Shown here piece after piece: positions 33,215 through 43,460 of a stretch of DNA of 64,000 nt. The number at the start of each line of letters is the position of its first letter. Positions within the stretch are counted from its first letter, which is position 1. The position numbers and the translations under genes were made by a program. Under the pieces are notes generated by a model. It did no database searches and was not told where the DNA came from. It saw nothing but the letters and a program-made list of their open reading frames with translations. Origin of the DNA: Leptolyngbyaceae cyanobacterium (GTDB taxonomy: Bacteria; Cyanobacteriota; Cyanobacteriia; Phormidesmidales; Phormidesmidaceae); contig CBDHHL010000056.1 of assembly GCA_965263355.1 (NCBI GenBank), forward strand, positions 128,001 to 192,000, given 5' to 3'.

Positions 33215-34351
33215 ATGGCCTCTAGTATCTCACTCATTTTGCATCCAGGACATGGGAAATGTGGTTCAACAAGTATTCAAGACGCTATTTATAAACAAGA
33301 AAACTGGTTAAGAGAACAGGGGATCTATATTCCAGATTCAGAGTTTCAATTTAAGTTTGAAAGAAAAATAGGGACCGCTACTGCGTATCCACCTCATCGA
33401 TTATTTGCTGATTTATTAGCCGGTAAGACAAATATCCAAGATTTTGAGCAAAGGCTGGACCAAATTTTAAGTCAAGCAGTTAACTCAGACTGTAAATCAC
33501 TCATTATCTCAACAGAACGACTTTCTGCCAAAACGTCGTCTTTTTCAAACAGCTGTCATCAAGTCCTAGCTTCAAAATTTCAGGATATAAAAGTAATCTA
33601 CTACATCCGTCGCCAAGACGATTGGCTGCTGTCAAGTTGGCAACAGTGGGGGCATAAGGAAGGCAATTCACTCCAAGAATGGTTAGATTTTTGTTTAAAT
33701 AAAGGGTTACCAGGATTTTTAGAATTTTCTAATTTCTTCAAACGTATTTATGGTGAGTCTCATCTGTCTGTAGTTCCTTTACATAAAACTGCATGGCATA
33801 AGGAAAATTTGATAGCCGACTTTTACCATCGTATTGGTATTGAGTTTCCCGAGAACATAAAAACAGATAGAAAGGCTAACATGGCTTTGAATCCCCATCT
33901 TTGTGATTCTTTATCCAGAATTCCTAACCTTTACGAGTCAGCAGAAGATATCTCAATTAAAAATTTACTTCATAAGTATATAAATTCTAGAGAACTCTTA
34001 TTTCGCAGGGATGCAAGTTTTTTTCCTTTAAATCTACGTCAAAAGGTTATGACTAGCTTTTATAACGAGAATCAAGAATTACATCATCAGTTTTTCCCCC
34101 TTCTGGACTTTGAGTGCTTATTTGGCGTAGAGCCAAAAGCGCAGAAAATTGCTTTCGATGAAACTGCAGATAACACTTTAAATGATATTGAATCGATCAA
34201 AGAGGTTCTTGCTATTCAAACTGATTTACTTGTCAGTATCCTCAGGCACCTGGAGAATCAAAAAGCGATCAATAGTCGAAAGTTATTAAGTTTTCAGCAC
34301 CTCAAAAGGTATTTATCCAAGCTTATTAAGTCTACTAAAACTACAAGATAA
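33215..34351 (+). CDS. Sulfotransferase-like P-loop protein
   Basis: LILHPGHGKCGSTSIQ, IISTERL, YYIRRQD..L.S.WQQ. Confidence 0.6.
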   Translation: MASSISLILHPGHGKCGSTSIQDAIYKQENWLREQGIYIPDSEFQFKFERKIGTATAYPPHRLFADLLAGKTNIQDFEQRLDQILSQAVNSDCKSLIISTERLSAKTSSFSNSCHQVLASKFQDIKVIYYIRRQDDWLLSSWQQWGHKEGNSLQEWLDFCLNKGLPGFLEFSNFFKRIYGESHLSVVPLHKTAWHKENLIADFYHRIGIEFPENIKTDRKANMALNPHLCDSLSRIPNLYESAEDISIKNLLHKYINSRELLFRRDASFFPLNLRQKVMTSFYNENQELHHQFFPLLDFECLFGVEPKAQKIAFDETADNTLNDIESIKEVLAIQTDLLVSILRHLENQKAINSRKLLSFQHLKRYLSKLIKSTKTTR

Positions 34352-34588
34352 AAGGGTATCCACTCAAGCCGGGAAATTCTGGTTAACTAGGAATCTAGAA
34401 TCCAGGAGCCAGAATGGAGAAGGGATATGGCTTCTGGCTCCTGACTTCTGACATCTATCCTTGGTAAAATTTCCCGCTTTAAGTTGGTACCCAGATAAAA
34501 AATAAGGGCTCTGCCAAAAAATAACATCCCTGGCTTAGATAAGTGAAAGGTAAAGGGTACAGGGTAAAGGGCGCTCGGTTGGTATGTT

Positions 34589-34648
34589 ATACGAAATCCT
34601 GACTGATAGCGTCTGGTATCGCAAGGCATCCACAAGGGAGTGCCCCAC
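34589..34648. repeat. Partial copy of the ~107-bp element at 51269
   Basis: ATACGAAATCCTG..GATAGCG..GGTATCG..GGCATCCACAAGGGAGTGCCCC. Confidence 0.6.
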
Positions 34649-34706
34649 CAACGACACTCAGCCTACCGGTATGTTAAGTACTGGAGACTGTGTATGAGAC
34701 TACAAT

Positions 34707-35774
34707 CTATCTCAGTGGCTGAACCCGATCGGGTGGCCAGTAGATTTTATAGGCTGCCCCTAGAATGTTAGCTTCAGGTACATATCCCCAAACATGGGAA
34801 TCAGAGCTGTTGTTGCGGTTATCGCCCAACACAAAATAACTGTTGGCAGGTATTGTTTCAGGTCCCCACCCATAGGCCGGTGTTGACTGGGCGTAAGGTT
34901 CTGAGAGCGGGCGATTGCCGACATAAACGCGACCTTCCTTAACGGCTATCTGTTGCCCCGGCAGACCAATCACTCGCTTTACATATAGTAGATCTTCGGT
35001 TTGTGTTTTTTCAGAAAGATCGAGCAGCGCGTCATCGGGTGGGATAAAAACAATAATATCACCGGTTTTAGGACGGTACGTTGACTGCCGCCGGACAAAG
35101 AGACGATCGTCTCTTTGTAGCGTCGGAGCCATCGATTCACTGGGCACAATACATTGTTCAACCGCCTGCTGAACCCAACCTGGTATTGCCCCTAGGGACA
35201 GCCGAACCAACAAAAGACCAATAACAAGAAGTGCGATCGCACCTGATTGATGCCTAGTGCGATGGGGAAAACTGACGTACACGTGATAACAGCTCAGCGC
35301 CCAAATCAATGGTGGAATCGATACCAATTGGGGAACAGAATTCGCTAGCCAAGCTGTCAGAACACCTGTGAGCAGAAATAGTCCCCCAGCCAACGCCTGT
35401 TGAAGATACAAATGCCCTAATCCAGGCAGCAACTGTGATAAAAAAACAGCATACCAGGGGTCGGAAATCCCCTGAGGCACAGAGATCCGAGTAGCGTATC
35501 CCTGTTGGGTACCACGATAGGCATCCAAGATACTGAAACTATACAGAATGAGTAAGCATCCTATCGTCCAGAATCCCACCATGGTTTGGCCATTTGCCCC
35601 AAAAATGGACCAAGTAGCATAGCCGATCATAACAACTGCTATCAGGACTAGGCTGATTCCTTTCACCCAGAAAGCGCTATACAGCTGTCCTAACCCCGGA
35701 AACACTAGCGAATAGTTCACTGCCAGCCATGGGTTTAGGCGATTTGACGGGGTTGACGAAAAAGATGATTGCAT
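34707..35774 (-). CDS. lepB: Signal peptidase I with extended multi-TM N-terminus
   Basis: PSESMAPTL, YVKRVIGLPG, LGDNRNNSSDSHVWG. Confidence 0.88.
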   Translation of the reverse strand: MQSSFSSTPSNRLNPWLAVNYSLVFPGLGQLYSAFWVKGISLVLIAVVMIGYATWSIFGANGQTMVGFWTIGCLLILYSFSILDAYRGTQQGYATRISVPQGISDPWYAVFLSQLLPGLGHLYLQQALAGGLFLLTGVLTAWLANSVPQLVSIPPLIWALSCYHVYVSFPHRTRHQSGAIALLVIGLLLVRLSLGAIPGWVQQAVEQCIVPSESMAPTLQRDDRLFVRRQSTYRPKTGDIIVFIPPDDALLDLSEKTQTEDLLYVKRVIGLPGQQIAVKEGRVYVGNRPLSEPYAQSTPAYGWGPETIPANSYFVLGDNRNNSSDSHVWGYVPEANILGAAYKIYWPPDRVQPLR

Positions 35775-35997
35775 TCCTCAAGTATCGGCCATGTGAAAAA
35801 ATTAGTATTCTGTGGCGTAAGGTTACCCACTTTCAAACATGGATGAGTCGATGGTCATTGCTACCTGAGCCTTTTACAAACCTGTAAAATGGACTTGAAA
35901 AGGAGGTAAAAATAAGCTTATCCATCATTGAGCAATTCAGATGAGTTAATACTAATGCATGATGCTATCGAAGAAGGTTGCGGGCAGGTAGATTTGG

Positions 35998-36780
35998 ATG
36001 AGTGGTAGCTATTATGACGAAAAGGCGGCGAGGGACCTTGAGCGCAGTTATAGCACACCGGAGGTCGCGCAACAGCGAATCCGGACTCTAAAGGGTCTGG
36101 CACTTCAGTCTGGCGAACATGTCCTAGATGCCGGTTGCGGGCCAGGTTTCCTCACCCAAGAGCTGGCAATGATGGTGGGGTCGCACGGTCTCGTAGTTGG
36201 TGTCGACAACAGCCTGGATATGCTTGATTTAGCGACAAAGCGGTGTAAAGGGCTACCTCAAGTTCAATTAAAACAAGGTAGCGTGGTAGAACTGCCAGAG
36301 CGGGAAGAACGCTTTGATGCTGTGACATGCATTCAAGTTTTGGGGTATGTATCCCAAGTGTCAAGAGCGCTTGCAGAGATGCATCGCGCTCTGAAACGCG
36401 GTGGCCGTATTGCTGTGCTCGAAACCGACTGGCATGGCGTTGTTTTGAATAGTTCCGACGAAGTACTTAGTCGCCGAATGTTTGCAGCTTGGGACAATGC
36501 TGTCCCAAGTCCCAATCTCCCAGCAAAATTGAGAATGCTCCTGCAGGCGCAAGAATTCGCGGCCATTCGTGTGGAGGCCATTCCAATTCTCAACACCAGC
36601 TACGTGCCTGGGAATTTCGCAGTCGGTGCGCTTGAGTGGATTGCTCGACATGCCCAAGAACAGGGGGCGGTTTCTGAAGAAGAGACTACAGCATGGTTAG
36701 ACGACCTAATGGAATTAGACAAGAACGGGACATTTTTCTTCTGCGTAAACCGGTTTCTTTTCACGGCTGTCAAACTATGA
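35998..36780 (+). CDS. Class I SAM-dependent methyltransferase
   Basis: VLDAGCGPG, RALKRGG. Confidence 0.85.
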   Translation: MSGSYYDEKAARDLERSYSTPEVAQQRIRTLKGLALQSGEHVLDAGCGPGFLTQELAMMVGSHGLVVGVDNSLDMLDLATKRCKGLPQVQLKQGSVVELPEREERFDAVTCIQVLGYVSQVSRALAEMHRALKRGGRIAVLETDWHGVVLNSSDEVLSRRMFAAWDNAVPSPNLPAKLRMLLQAQEFAAIRVEAIPILNTSYVPGNFAVGALEWIARHAQEQGAVSEEETTAWLDDLMELDKNGTFFFCVNRFLFTAVKL

Positions 36781-37000
36781 GCGAGTATCAGATCTAACAA
36801 GATTATCTTTTTACCACTCAACAACATAACCAGACTGTGTTTATCTCAACCAGGAACGAATATAACAATTTTCTAAGCCAATGCTAATTTAATAAGTCTT
36901 TTTACTCATGGGAGATTCAGATTGGACCTGTTTACTAACAACTGTCAGCCGGTCATCCACGGTAACTCAAGTCCTTCTACATACTTTTCTAGGTAATCAC

Positions 37001-37621
37001 ATGAAACTTACTTACTTTGCAGCCCTTGCTGTTTCCTCCATGCTTACTGTTAGTACAGCTGTTGTTACCAATAGCTTTCAGCCTGCCTATGCTTCCCCCT
37101 GTGCCGCTGCTTCTGTAAACCCTTGTGCTGCTAACCCCTGTGCTGCTAACCCTTGTGCCGCTGCTGTAAATCCCTGTGCAGCAAATCCTTGCGCTGCTGA
37201 TCCTTGTGCCGCTGCTGTAAATCCCTGTGCGGCAAATCCTTGCGCTGCTGATCCTTGCGCTGCTGCAGTAAATCCCTGTGCGGCGGCAAATCCTTGTGCG
37301 GCGGCTGGAACAGGAAACTTTGTTGCCGTATCCAGTGATACTGTTGGGGGCGTCACTATCGTTGAAGAGAATGGTAAGCGCTATCTTGAATTTGATGAAA
37401 CATTCAGCACTGAGGATGGTCCTGACCTATTTGTATTACTACACAAAGAATCTACACCCCAAAGCTATAGCTCTGACCAGTTTGTAAATCTTGGGGATCT
37501 ACAATCTATTTCCGGTAGCCAGCGTTATGAGATTCCTGAAGATATCTCTATTGATGCCTTTAAGTCCGCTGTTATTTGGTGCCGTCAGTTTAATGTCACC
37601 TTTGGCGTTGCCGCAATTTAG
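37001..37621 (+). CDS. Secreted DM13-domain protein with Cys-Pro-Ala repeat linker
   Basis: Signal peptide from ATG 37001; 12 x (S/N/D)PC; GPDLFV, G.QRYEIP, VIWCRQFNVTFG. Confidence 0.85.
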   Translation: MKLTYFAALAVSSMLTVSTAVVTNSFQPAYASPCAAASVNPCAANPCAANPCAAAVNPCAANPCAADPCAAAVNPCAANPCAADPCAAAVNPCAAANPCAAAGTGNFVAVSSDTVGGVTIVEENGKRYLEFDETFSTEDGPDLFVLLHKESTPQSYSSDQFVNLGDLQSISGSQRYEIPEDISIDAFKSAVIWCRQFNVTFGVAAI

Positions 37622-37678
37622 GTAGCATTAAGTTTCGGATATCAGCCTAAGGCGAGACGTTTTCCAAAAAATAGGAGT

Positions 37679-37717
37679 CAGGGGCCAGAAGCCACAACTT
37701 TAATGCTTCTGGCCCCT
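37679..37717. terminator. Hairpin downstream of the DM13 gene
   Basis: CAGGGGCCAGAAGC...GCTTCTGGCCCCTG perfect 14-bp stem. Confidence 0.5.
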
Positions 37718-37807
37718 GGCCTATAGTAGTGTTTTTTAGCTCTATTGAATAATCCTGGATAATGGGAGAATACATCAGCTGTTGCTTATTTATTCCTTCA
37801 ATTTCCC

Positions 37808-38686
37808 TTGATGGTAAACACTCTACCCGCTGATGCTCAGCATTTGACAGAAGATACTTCGGTGGCCTTATCTGGCCAGATCCAATTTGTTGATGTTTCC
37901 ACTCCCCTAACAGATCAAGCTATTGCTACTAGCCATGTATGTGTAGGCACGGGCAAACCAATTTTGCTGCTCCATGGGTTTGATAGCTCAGTATTTGAAT
38001 TTCGTCGATTAGTACCCCAGCTAGGCAACAATGCCCAAGTATGGGCCATGGATCTACTGGGTTTTGGATTTACGGACCGGACGACGGATGCACCCATCAC
38101 CCCCGTTGCCATCAAGCAGCATATCTATAGTTTTTGGCAACAGCAGATTGGCGAACCAATGATTCTGGTAGGTGCGTCTATGGGTGGAGCAGCGGCCATT
38201 GACGTTACCTTGGACTTTCCAGACGTGGTGGAAAAGCTAGTCCTGCTGGACAGTGCAGGGTTTGCAGCAGGACCGGCCATGGGAAAATTAATGGTACCGC
38301 CATTGGATAGCTGGGCAACTGCATTTCTTAGAAATCCAGGGGTACGACGACGGATTAGTCAGCAGGCCTATTGCGATCGCACCTTCGTCACTGCAGACGC
38401 CGAACTTTGTGCGGCCTTACACTTGCAGATGCCCAACTGGAAAGAAGCCCTGATCGCTTTTACCAAAAGTGGTGGCTACAACTTCTTAGACAGCTATATT
38501 CAGAAACTTACACTACCCACCCTAGTTATATGGGGTGAACAGGACAAAATTTTAGGCACCAAAGACGCCAAACGATTTGAGCAAACCATTGCGAATAGCC
38601 AACTGGTGTGGATTGCTGATTGTGGCCATGTTCCCCACCTGGAAAAACCAAAGGCTACCGCTGAGGCAATCGTAGCGTTTATCTAG
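37808..38686 (+). CDS. Alpha/beta hydrolase
   Basis: LLHGF, GASMGG, GHVPHLE. Confidence 0.9.
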   Translation: MMVNTLPADAQHLTEDTSVALSGQIQFVDVSTPLTDQAIATSHVCVGTGKPILLLHGFDSSVFEFRRLVPQLGNNAQVWAMDLLGFGFTDRTTDAPITPVAIKQHIYSFWQQQIGEPMILVGASMGGAAAIDVTLDFPDVVEKLVLLDSAGFAAGPAMGKLMVPPLDSWATAFLRNPGVRRRISQQAYCDRTFVTADAELCAALHLQMPNWKEALIAFTKSGGYNFLDSYIQKLTLPTLVIWGEQDKILGTKDAKRFEQTIANSQLVWIADCGHVPHLEKPKATAEAIVAFI

Positions 38687-38689
38687 CCC

Positions 38690-38764
38690 TTAAACCTGGT
38701 CCACGTCCAAAACGGTCATTTCTCCCTAGCGGAACCTCCAGGTTTCAACTTGGACGTAGTTTAG
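38690..38764 (+). repeat. ~74-bp MITE-like family, copy 3
   Basis: TTAAACCTGGTCCA ... TGGACGTAGTTTAG. Confidence 0.65.
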
Positions 38765-38921
38765 TAGGGAGGATAACAGTAGAAAATTTTACTTTTGTGG
38801 TATGTATATTAGGACATTGGACCTAGGATATACACATCACCGAGGGACTCAGTGCATACTCAACTACAGTTAGACATTCTGTTCTACTGCCTACCTCCAC
38901 TAATCGTGCATACCCCCTGAA

Positions 38922-39710
38922 ATGATTCTAGATGTTTGTCAAACTGACATTCGTGTCATCCAGTGGCTTCAGTTTACTCACTCAGTGTCTAACTGGTTGA
39001 CGAGGTCTCCCCTAGCTTATCTATTAATTGGGGGTACCTTTATCCTCTGCTTTCTGATCATCAGCGGCCTGATCATTCGCGGCTTTACTATATTGAGGCG
39101 AGGCCGATCAGTCAAGCGTCTTTGGATTTGGGGATTTCCCATCGCCCTTTTTCTCAGCCTTTCGCCGCTACTGATCGGGGAACCACTGTTGACCCAGTTT
39201 CTGCCAACCTATAGGGGGCAGACGGCAGATGCGGTGGTTGTGCTCGGACGGGGCATTCATTTGAGAACAGACCGAGTAGCCAAAGCAGCAGAACTGCTAT
39301 GGACAGAGCGGTCAACTCGAGTATTTGTGAGTGGTCATAACGATGCTCCCCAGATGGCAGCGATGCTCAATCAGTTGGGCGTTCCCGCGACTCAAATATC
39401 CGGTGAAAATTGCTCACTAACCACTGAAGAAAATGCCCAGTACACAGCTCAGCAGTTGATGCCCGATGGGGTAAAGTCCATCATTTTAATTAGCGATCCG
39501 TCCCATCTATTGCGATCGCAGCTTGTCTTTAGCAGCCTTGGCTTTGAGGTCATTCCTTACGCCAGCCCCTTACCTAGGGAGCTAAGCCTCCACCATCGCC
39601 GACTACTTGCCATGCGTGAATCCCTAGGTCTAGTGACCTATGGCCTGATGGGCCGCTACTGGCCCCGCCCCCAGACCATTGCCTCGGTGGATACGGCCAT
39701 CACACAGTAA
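38922..39710 (+). CDS. YdcF/DUF218 family protein
   Basis: DAVVVLGRG, ENCSLTTEENA, SDPSHLLRS. Confidence 0.85.
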   Translation: MILDVCQTDIRVIQWLQFTHSVSNWLTRSPLAYLLIGGTFILCFLIISGLIIRGFTILRRGRSVKRLWIWGFPIALFLSLSPLLIGEPLLTQFLPTYRGQTADAVVVLGRGIHLRTDRVAKAAELLWTERSTRVFVSGHNDAPQMAAMLNQLGVPATQISGENCSLTTEENAQYTAQQLMPDGVKSIILISDPSHLLRSQLVFSSLGFEVIPYASPLPRELSLHHRRLLAMRESLGLVTYGLMGRYWPRPQTIASVDTAITQ

Positions 39711-39814
39711 ACTAAACGATGTCCACTGCTAGAACCCTTGTTGTTTAGAAGCTTCAAGGTATTATCTGGCATTGGTGCATTGGTAAAACCTAGTTTGCTG
39801 GAGGTGCGATCGCA

Positions 39815-41515
39815 ATGGGGTCAGATTCATCATACTCATCTGCCCGTTGGGTTGCCATTATTGCTGTGGTTTTAACCCTGTTTATCGCCTTTTTCTGGCG
39901 TTTAGACAGTATCGGCCTGGTGGATGAAACGGAACCTCTATTTGCCGAAGCATCACGCCAGATGTACCTTACTGGCGACTGGATTACCCCCTATTTCAAC
40001 GGTGAAACCCGGTTTGACAAACCACCTTTGGTGTACTGGGGCATGGCCTTAGGCTTCCAACTTTTTGGCGTTGGCGAATGGGCCGTGCGGCTGCCATCGG
40101 CCCTAGCTGCGGCTGGTCTGGCTGGGTTTAGCTTTTATACTCTGGAACGATACGGCCACCCCCATGGGGCACAAGCTACACCCTTACTAGACAAACAGCC
40201 ATCAGACAAACAGCAAGCCTTTACGCTAGCAGCCTTAGTGGGCACAGTTGCCATGGTGCTTCATCCAGAAACCCTGGTCTGGGCCCGCACAGGTGTCTCA
40301 GATATGCTGCTGTCAGGCTGTATGGGAGCGGCACTGCTATGTTTCTTTTGGGGCTATGCCCAAGGGGGCAAGGCCCGCTGGTATTACGGCTTTTACACAT
40401 TTGTCGCCCTGGCTGTATTAGCCAAAGGCCCTGTGGGGGCTGTTATTCCAGGGCTGGTGGTGTTTGCCTTTGCCGCCTATCTGGGGCAGATGCGCAACCT
40501 GTTTAAGGAAATCAAGCTGCTGTGGGGCAGCCTGCTGGTACTACTGTTAACACTGCCCTGGTTTATCGCTGTAATTGTCATCCATGGCCAAACCTATATT
40601 GACAACTTTTTTGGCTACCACAACTACGAGCGGTTTACCGAAGTCGTCAATGGTCACGCCGCCCCTTGGTACTTTTACTTTGCCGTCGTCGCGGTGGGCT
40701 TTTTACCCTGGTCACCAGGGTTGCCCTTTGCCATAGTGCGGCTACGGCCCTGGTCCCTGGGTTACTGGCGACGTCAACCTCGAGAGAAACAGCTAGGATT
40801 GTTTGCCCTGATTTGGTTTCTCGCCATCTTCTGCTTTTTTACAGCGGCGGTTACCAAGCTACCAAGCTATGTGCTACCACTGATGCCAGCGGCAGCCATT
40901 ATGATTGGCCTTATGTGGGCTGGCCCCCGTCAGCGAGGCACCTGGCTTAGCGCCCTGGTGAGCATAGTGTTTTTTGCCCTGTTATCAATCGCCTCTTACC
41001 TAACGCCAAACTGGCTCGGTGGCGATCCGGTGATGCCTGATTTTCCAGAGCTAGTGCGCAATTCCCAAGCTATGTTACACGGCTCAATAGTGTGGGGACT
41101 GGCCACATTGGCAGGCTTAGTATTGTTGTTAATGCGGCGAGCGCGATGGATGTGGACCGTTAGCTTGATTGCCTTTATAGCCTTTACCCTGGTTTCAATT
41201 TTGCCCATGGCAACCATTGCTGACAGCCAACGCCAGCTGCCCCTGCGACAGCTGGCCGAGACCATCCAAACAGAACAACAGCTTGATGAACCCATCGCCA
41301 TGGTCGGATTTATGAAACCGAGTCTGGTGTTTTACACGCAGCAGCCAGTTTTGTATACCTATAACCCTGATTCAGAGAGACTACAGGCCTTAGGCCAGGC
41401 CCTAGTCGTCGGTCACCCCGATGAGATTGCCACAGCCATTGGGGTGAGCCAGTCAGGAAAGATTTTACAAGCAGCAGGCACCTATCAATTAGCGCGATTA
41501 ACCTTCACACCATAG
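39815..41515 (+). CDS. ArnT/PMT-family (GT-C) glycosyltransferase
   Basis: DETEPLFAEASRQM, FDKPPLVYW, LAKGPVG, TKLPSY. Confidence 0.88.
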   Translation: MGSDSSYSSARWVAIIAVVLTLFIAFFWRLDSIGLVDETEPLFAEASRQMYLTGDWITPYFNGETRFDKPPLVYWGMALGFQLFGVGEWAVRLPSALAAAGLAGFSFYTLERYGHPHGAQATPLLDKQPSDKQQAFTLAALVGTVAMVLHPETLVWARTGVSDMLLSGCMGAALLCFFWGYAQGGKARWYYGFYTFVALAVLAKGPVGAVIPGLVVFAFAAYLGQMRNLFKEIKLLWGSLLVLLLTLPWFIAVIVIHGQTYIDNFFGYHNYERFTEVVNGHAAPWYFYFAVVAVGFLPWSPGLPFAIVRLRPWSLGYWRRQPREKQLGLFALIWFLAIFCFFTAAVTKLPSYVLPLMPAAAIMIGLMWAGPRQRGTWLSALVSIVFFALLSIASYLTPNWLGGDPVMPDFPELVRNSQAMLHGSIVWGLATLAGLVLLLMRRARWMWTVSLIAFIAFTLVSILPMATIADSQRQLPLRQLAETIQTEQQLDEPIAMVGFMKPSLVFYTQQPVLYTYNPDSERLQALGQALVVGHPDEIATAIGVSQSGKILQAAGTYQLARLTFTP

Positions 41516-41559
41516 GCATCTTAAAGATTGCCCACCTGCAAAATTGAGTGTAAGCGATG

Positions 41560-41588
41560 GGAAGTGGTGCGTGAGGCACGCTACGCTT
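41560..41588 (-). repeat. Degenerate REP copy (left boundary of the REP region)
   Basis: GGAAGTGGTGCGTGAGGCACGCTACGCTT resembles the units at 43.5-43.8 kb. Confidence 0.55.
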
Positions 41589-41683
41589 ACTAAATGAATA
41601 TTCAGAATTTGACATTATCAACATTGTCAACCATGGTTGATTACTGTATGATTGATATACTAAGTTACAAAAAAGAGTAACCT

Positions 41684-41884
41684 ATGGCTCCAACCAAACG
41701 AGAGCGACAAATGGTAGATATTGGCGAACTTGTTGCCGATATTGATCGCTATCCTGAGGCGGCAGGGATTGATGCTGACATCTGGCAAACTTTAAGCTAC
41801 ACCCAAAAGGTCAAAATTCTTATTCAGCGACAGCTTCAATCTGTCCAACAGCATTTGGATAAGGTTGACGAAGACGATGAGTGA
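41684..41884 (+). CDS. Small hypothetical protein
   Basis: 66-aa ORF overlapping a downstream ATG. Confidence 0.45.
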   Translation: MAPTKRERQMVDIGELVADIDRYPEAAGIDADIWQTLSYTQKVKILIQRQLQSVQQHLDKVDEDDE

Positions 41885-42300
41885 TAAGAAAGATATTCAG
41901 GCGTTGAAAGCAGCTGTCCAAGATCTAAAAGATGCTCAGACGATGCTGCTGCAATAGGTGGATGCCATTGATAAAAGTCAAGAAACTCAATTTGCTGAAC
42001 TTTCAGAGTTGATTCAGGTGCTCATTGATGAACAACGATATGGTCATACGGAACTGAGGAAACATATTAATGAACTCCAATGCCAAATTTCAGGCTCAGA
42101 TTCAGAGTATGAGGACTCAGATTGAGGAAATGCATGCTGAGACTGAAGCGTTTTCTAAACAATTTAATGCTTGGGTTGTTGAACAAAACCGGCAAAAGTC
42201 TCAATCGAAGATTGTTAGGGTTCGTTCTTTCCTACGCCGCGCTTTAGTAGCGTCGAGACATTTTTTTCTATCTCAAGTAACCAAGACACGAGCCAAGTAG
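41877..42300 (+). pseudogene. Coiled-coil protein remnant
   Basis: ATG 41877 frame with in-frame TAG at 41955; apparent frameshift into the 42070 ORF. Confidence 0.4.
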
Positions 42301-42405
42301 TATGACACTGCATGGCTTGGGTGGTTGGCTTGATATGATTTACATTGTACCTCATGCAGATTTTGCGATCGTGCCCACCATTGTTATTCGTATAGACAAT
42401 AAAAC

Positions 42406-42458
42406 GTAGGGTGCCGTATAGTGCGTTATCTCTTGGAAGTGGTGCGTGAGTCACGCAC
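42406..42458. repeat. Fragmentary REP pair
   Basis: GTAGGGTGC ... GTGCGTTATCTCTTGGAAGTGGTGCGTGAGTCACGCAC. Confidence 0.55.
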
Positions 42459-42496
42459 TGAGAAACACGATAGATGTGTCGTGACAATTATTGCGG

Positions 42497-42832
42497 CTAG
42501 TTTAACGTAGTATTATCAAGGATAGGGCCTGACCCGAGATCTGAAATCTCACATACGAAGGTTATATCAAACCAATCGCAAAATATTTCAAATGTTCGGT
42601 TGATGGGCCAGTCTGATGTCTGTGTGTGCCATGCGTGGAGTTCGGTATCGAAAATGGAATCGTAAATTTGTTCGAGGATTGCCCAGGCGGATAAATCATC
42701 ATTGTATTCAGGGATTAGATATATTGTTGGTTCGTCGTTTTGGTCGGGCATAATGTTGGCGTTGTCTAGCTGAGATGCCCAATTTATGTATGGTTGTTTT
42801 GGGCGGACAATAACGGCACTTCTATTAATCAT
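42497..42832 (-). CDS. Conserved hypothetical protein
   Basis: MINRSAVIVRPKQPY..W, W.T..SDWP..R.F..F.DWF; start at ATG 42832. Confidence 0.6.
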   Translation of the reverse strand: MINRSAVIVRPKQPYINWASQLDNANIMPDQNDEPTIYLIPEYNDDLSAWAILEQIYDSIFDTELHAWHTQTSDWPINRTFEIFCDWFDITFVCEISDLGSGPILDNTTLN

Positions 42833-42950
42833 GGAAGTAGATGTGTGGCAACGCACCAACAATAGCATTCGCTCGAGGCAGGCAACGCATCAACAACAGC
42901 ATTCGCCATAAAGTTGGGCATTCTAGTCTAAATGATAGATCCAAATCAGG

Positions 42951-43460
42951 ATGCCTAACTACCGTCGTCCTTACATTCCTGGGGGGACATACTTTATCAC
43001 TCAGGTCACCTATCAACGGGTGCCTTGGTTATGTCGTGATGTGGGCCGTCGAGCACTCAGAGAGGCGATTATTACTGTCAAAAAGAGTCATCCATTTTCG
43101 GTAGATGCCATTGTTTTACTACCGGAACATTTTCATTGTTTGTTGACGCTACCCCCTGATGATGCGGATTTTTCGATTAGATTAAAGTTGATTAAAATCC
43201 ATGTAACCAGGCATTATGGTTCGGCATTGAATATTAATCGACCTGTTTCTCGATCACGACAAAAGCGAGGAGAACGTAATCTTTGGCAGCGTCGGTATTG
43301 GGAACATTGGATTCGTGATGAGCGAGATTTTGCGACACATTGTGATTATATTCATTACAATCCGGTACGCCATGGGTTGTGTAAGAATCCTCGGGATTGG
43401 AAGTATTCCAGTGTGCATCGGTTTATTGCAGAGGGCATTTATCCACCGAATTGGTATTAA
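42951..43460 (+). CDS. REP-associated tyrosine transposase (RAYT/TnpA-REP, Y1 HUH)
   Basis: MPNYRR..PGGTYFITQVT, PEHFH (HUH), LWQRRYWEH, DYIHYNPV. Confidence 0.92.
   Translation: MPNYRRPYIPGGTYFITQVTYQRVPWLCRDVGRRALREAIITVKKSHPFSVDAIVLLPEHFHCLLTLPPDDADFSIRLKLIKIHVTRHYGSALNINRPVSRSRQKRGERNLWQRRYWEHWIRDERDFATHCDYIHYNPVRHGLCKNPRDWKYSSVHRFIAEGIYPPNWY

Noticed and set aside
34386..34571. Heptamer-like runs and hairpin between convergent genes
   Set aside because: Ordinary cyanobacterial short tandem repeats or terminator.
36790..36830. ATCTAAC after the methyltransferase as an attC start
   Set aside because: No downstream GTT box or inner arms seen.
37087..37356. Antisense AAQG-repeat ORF
   Set aside because: Mirror of the NPCAA repeat on the coding strand.
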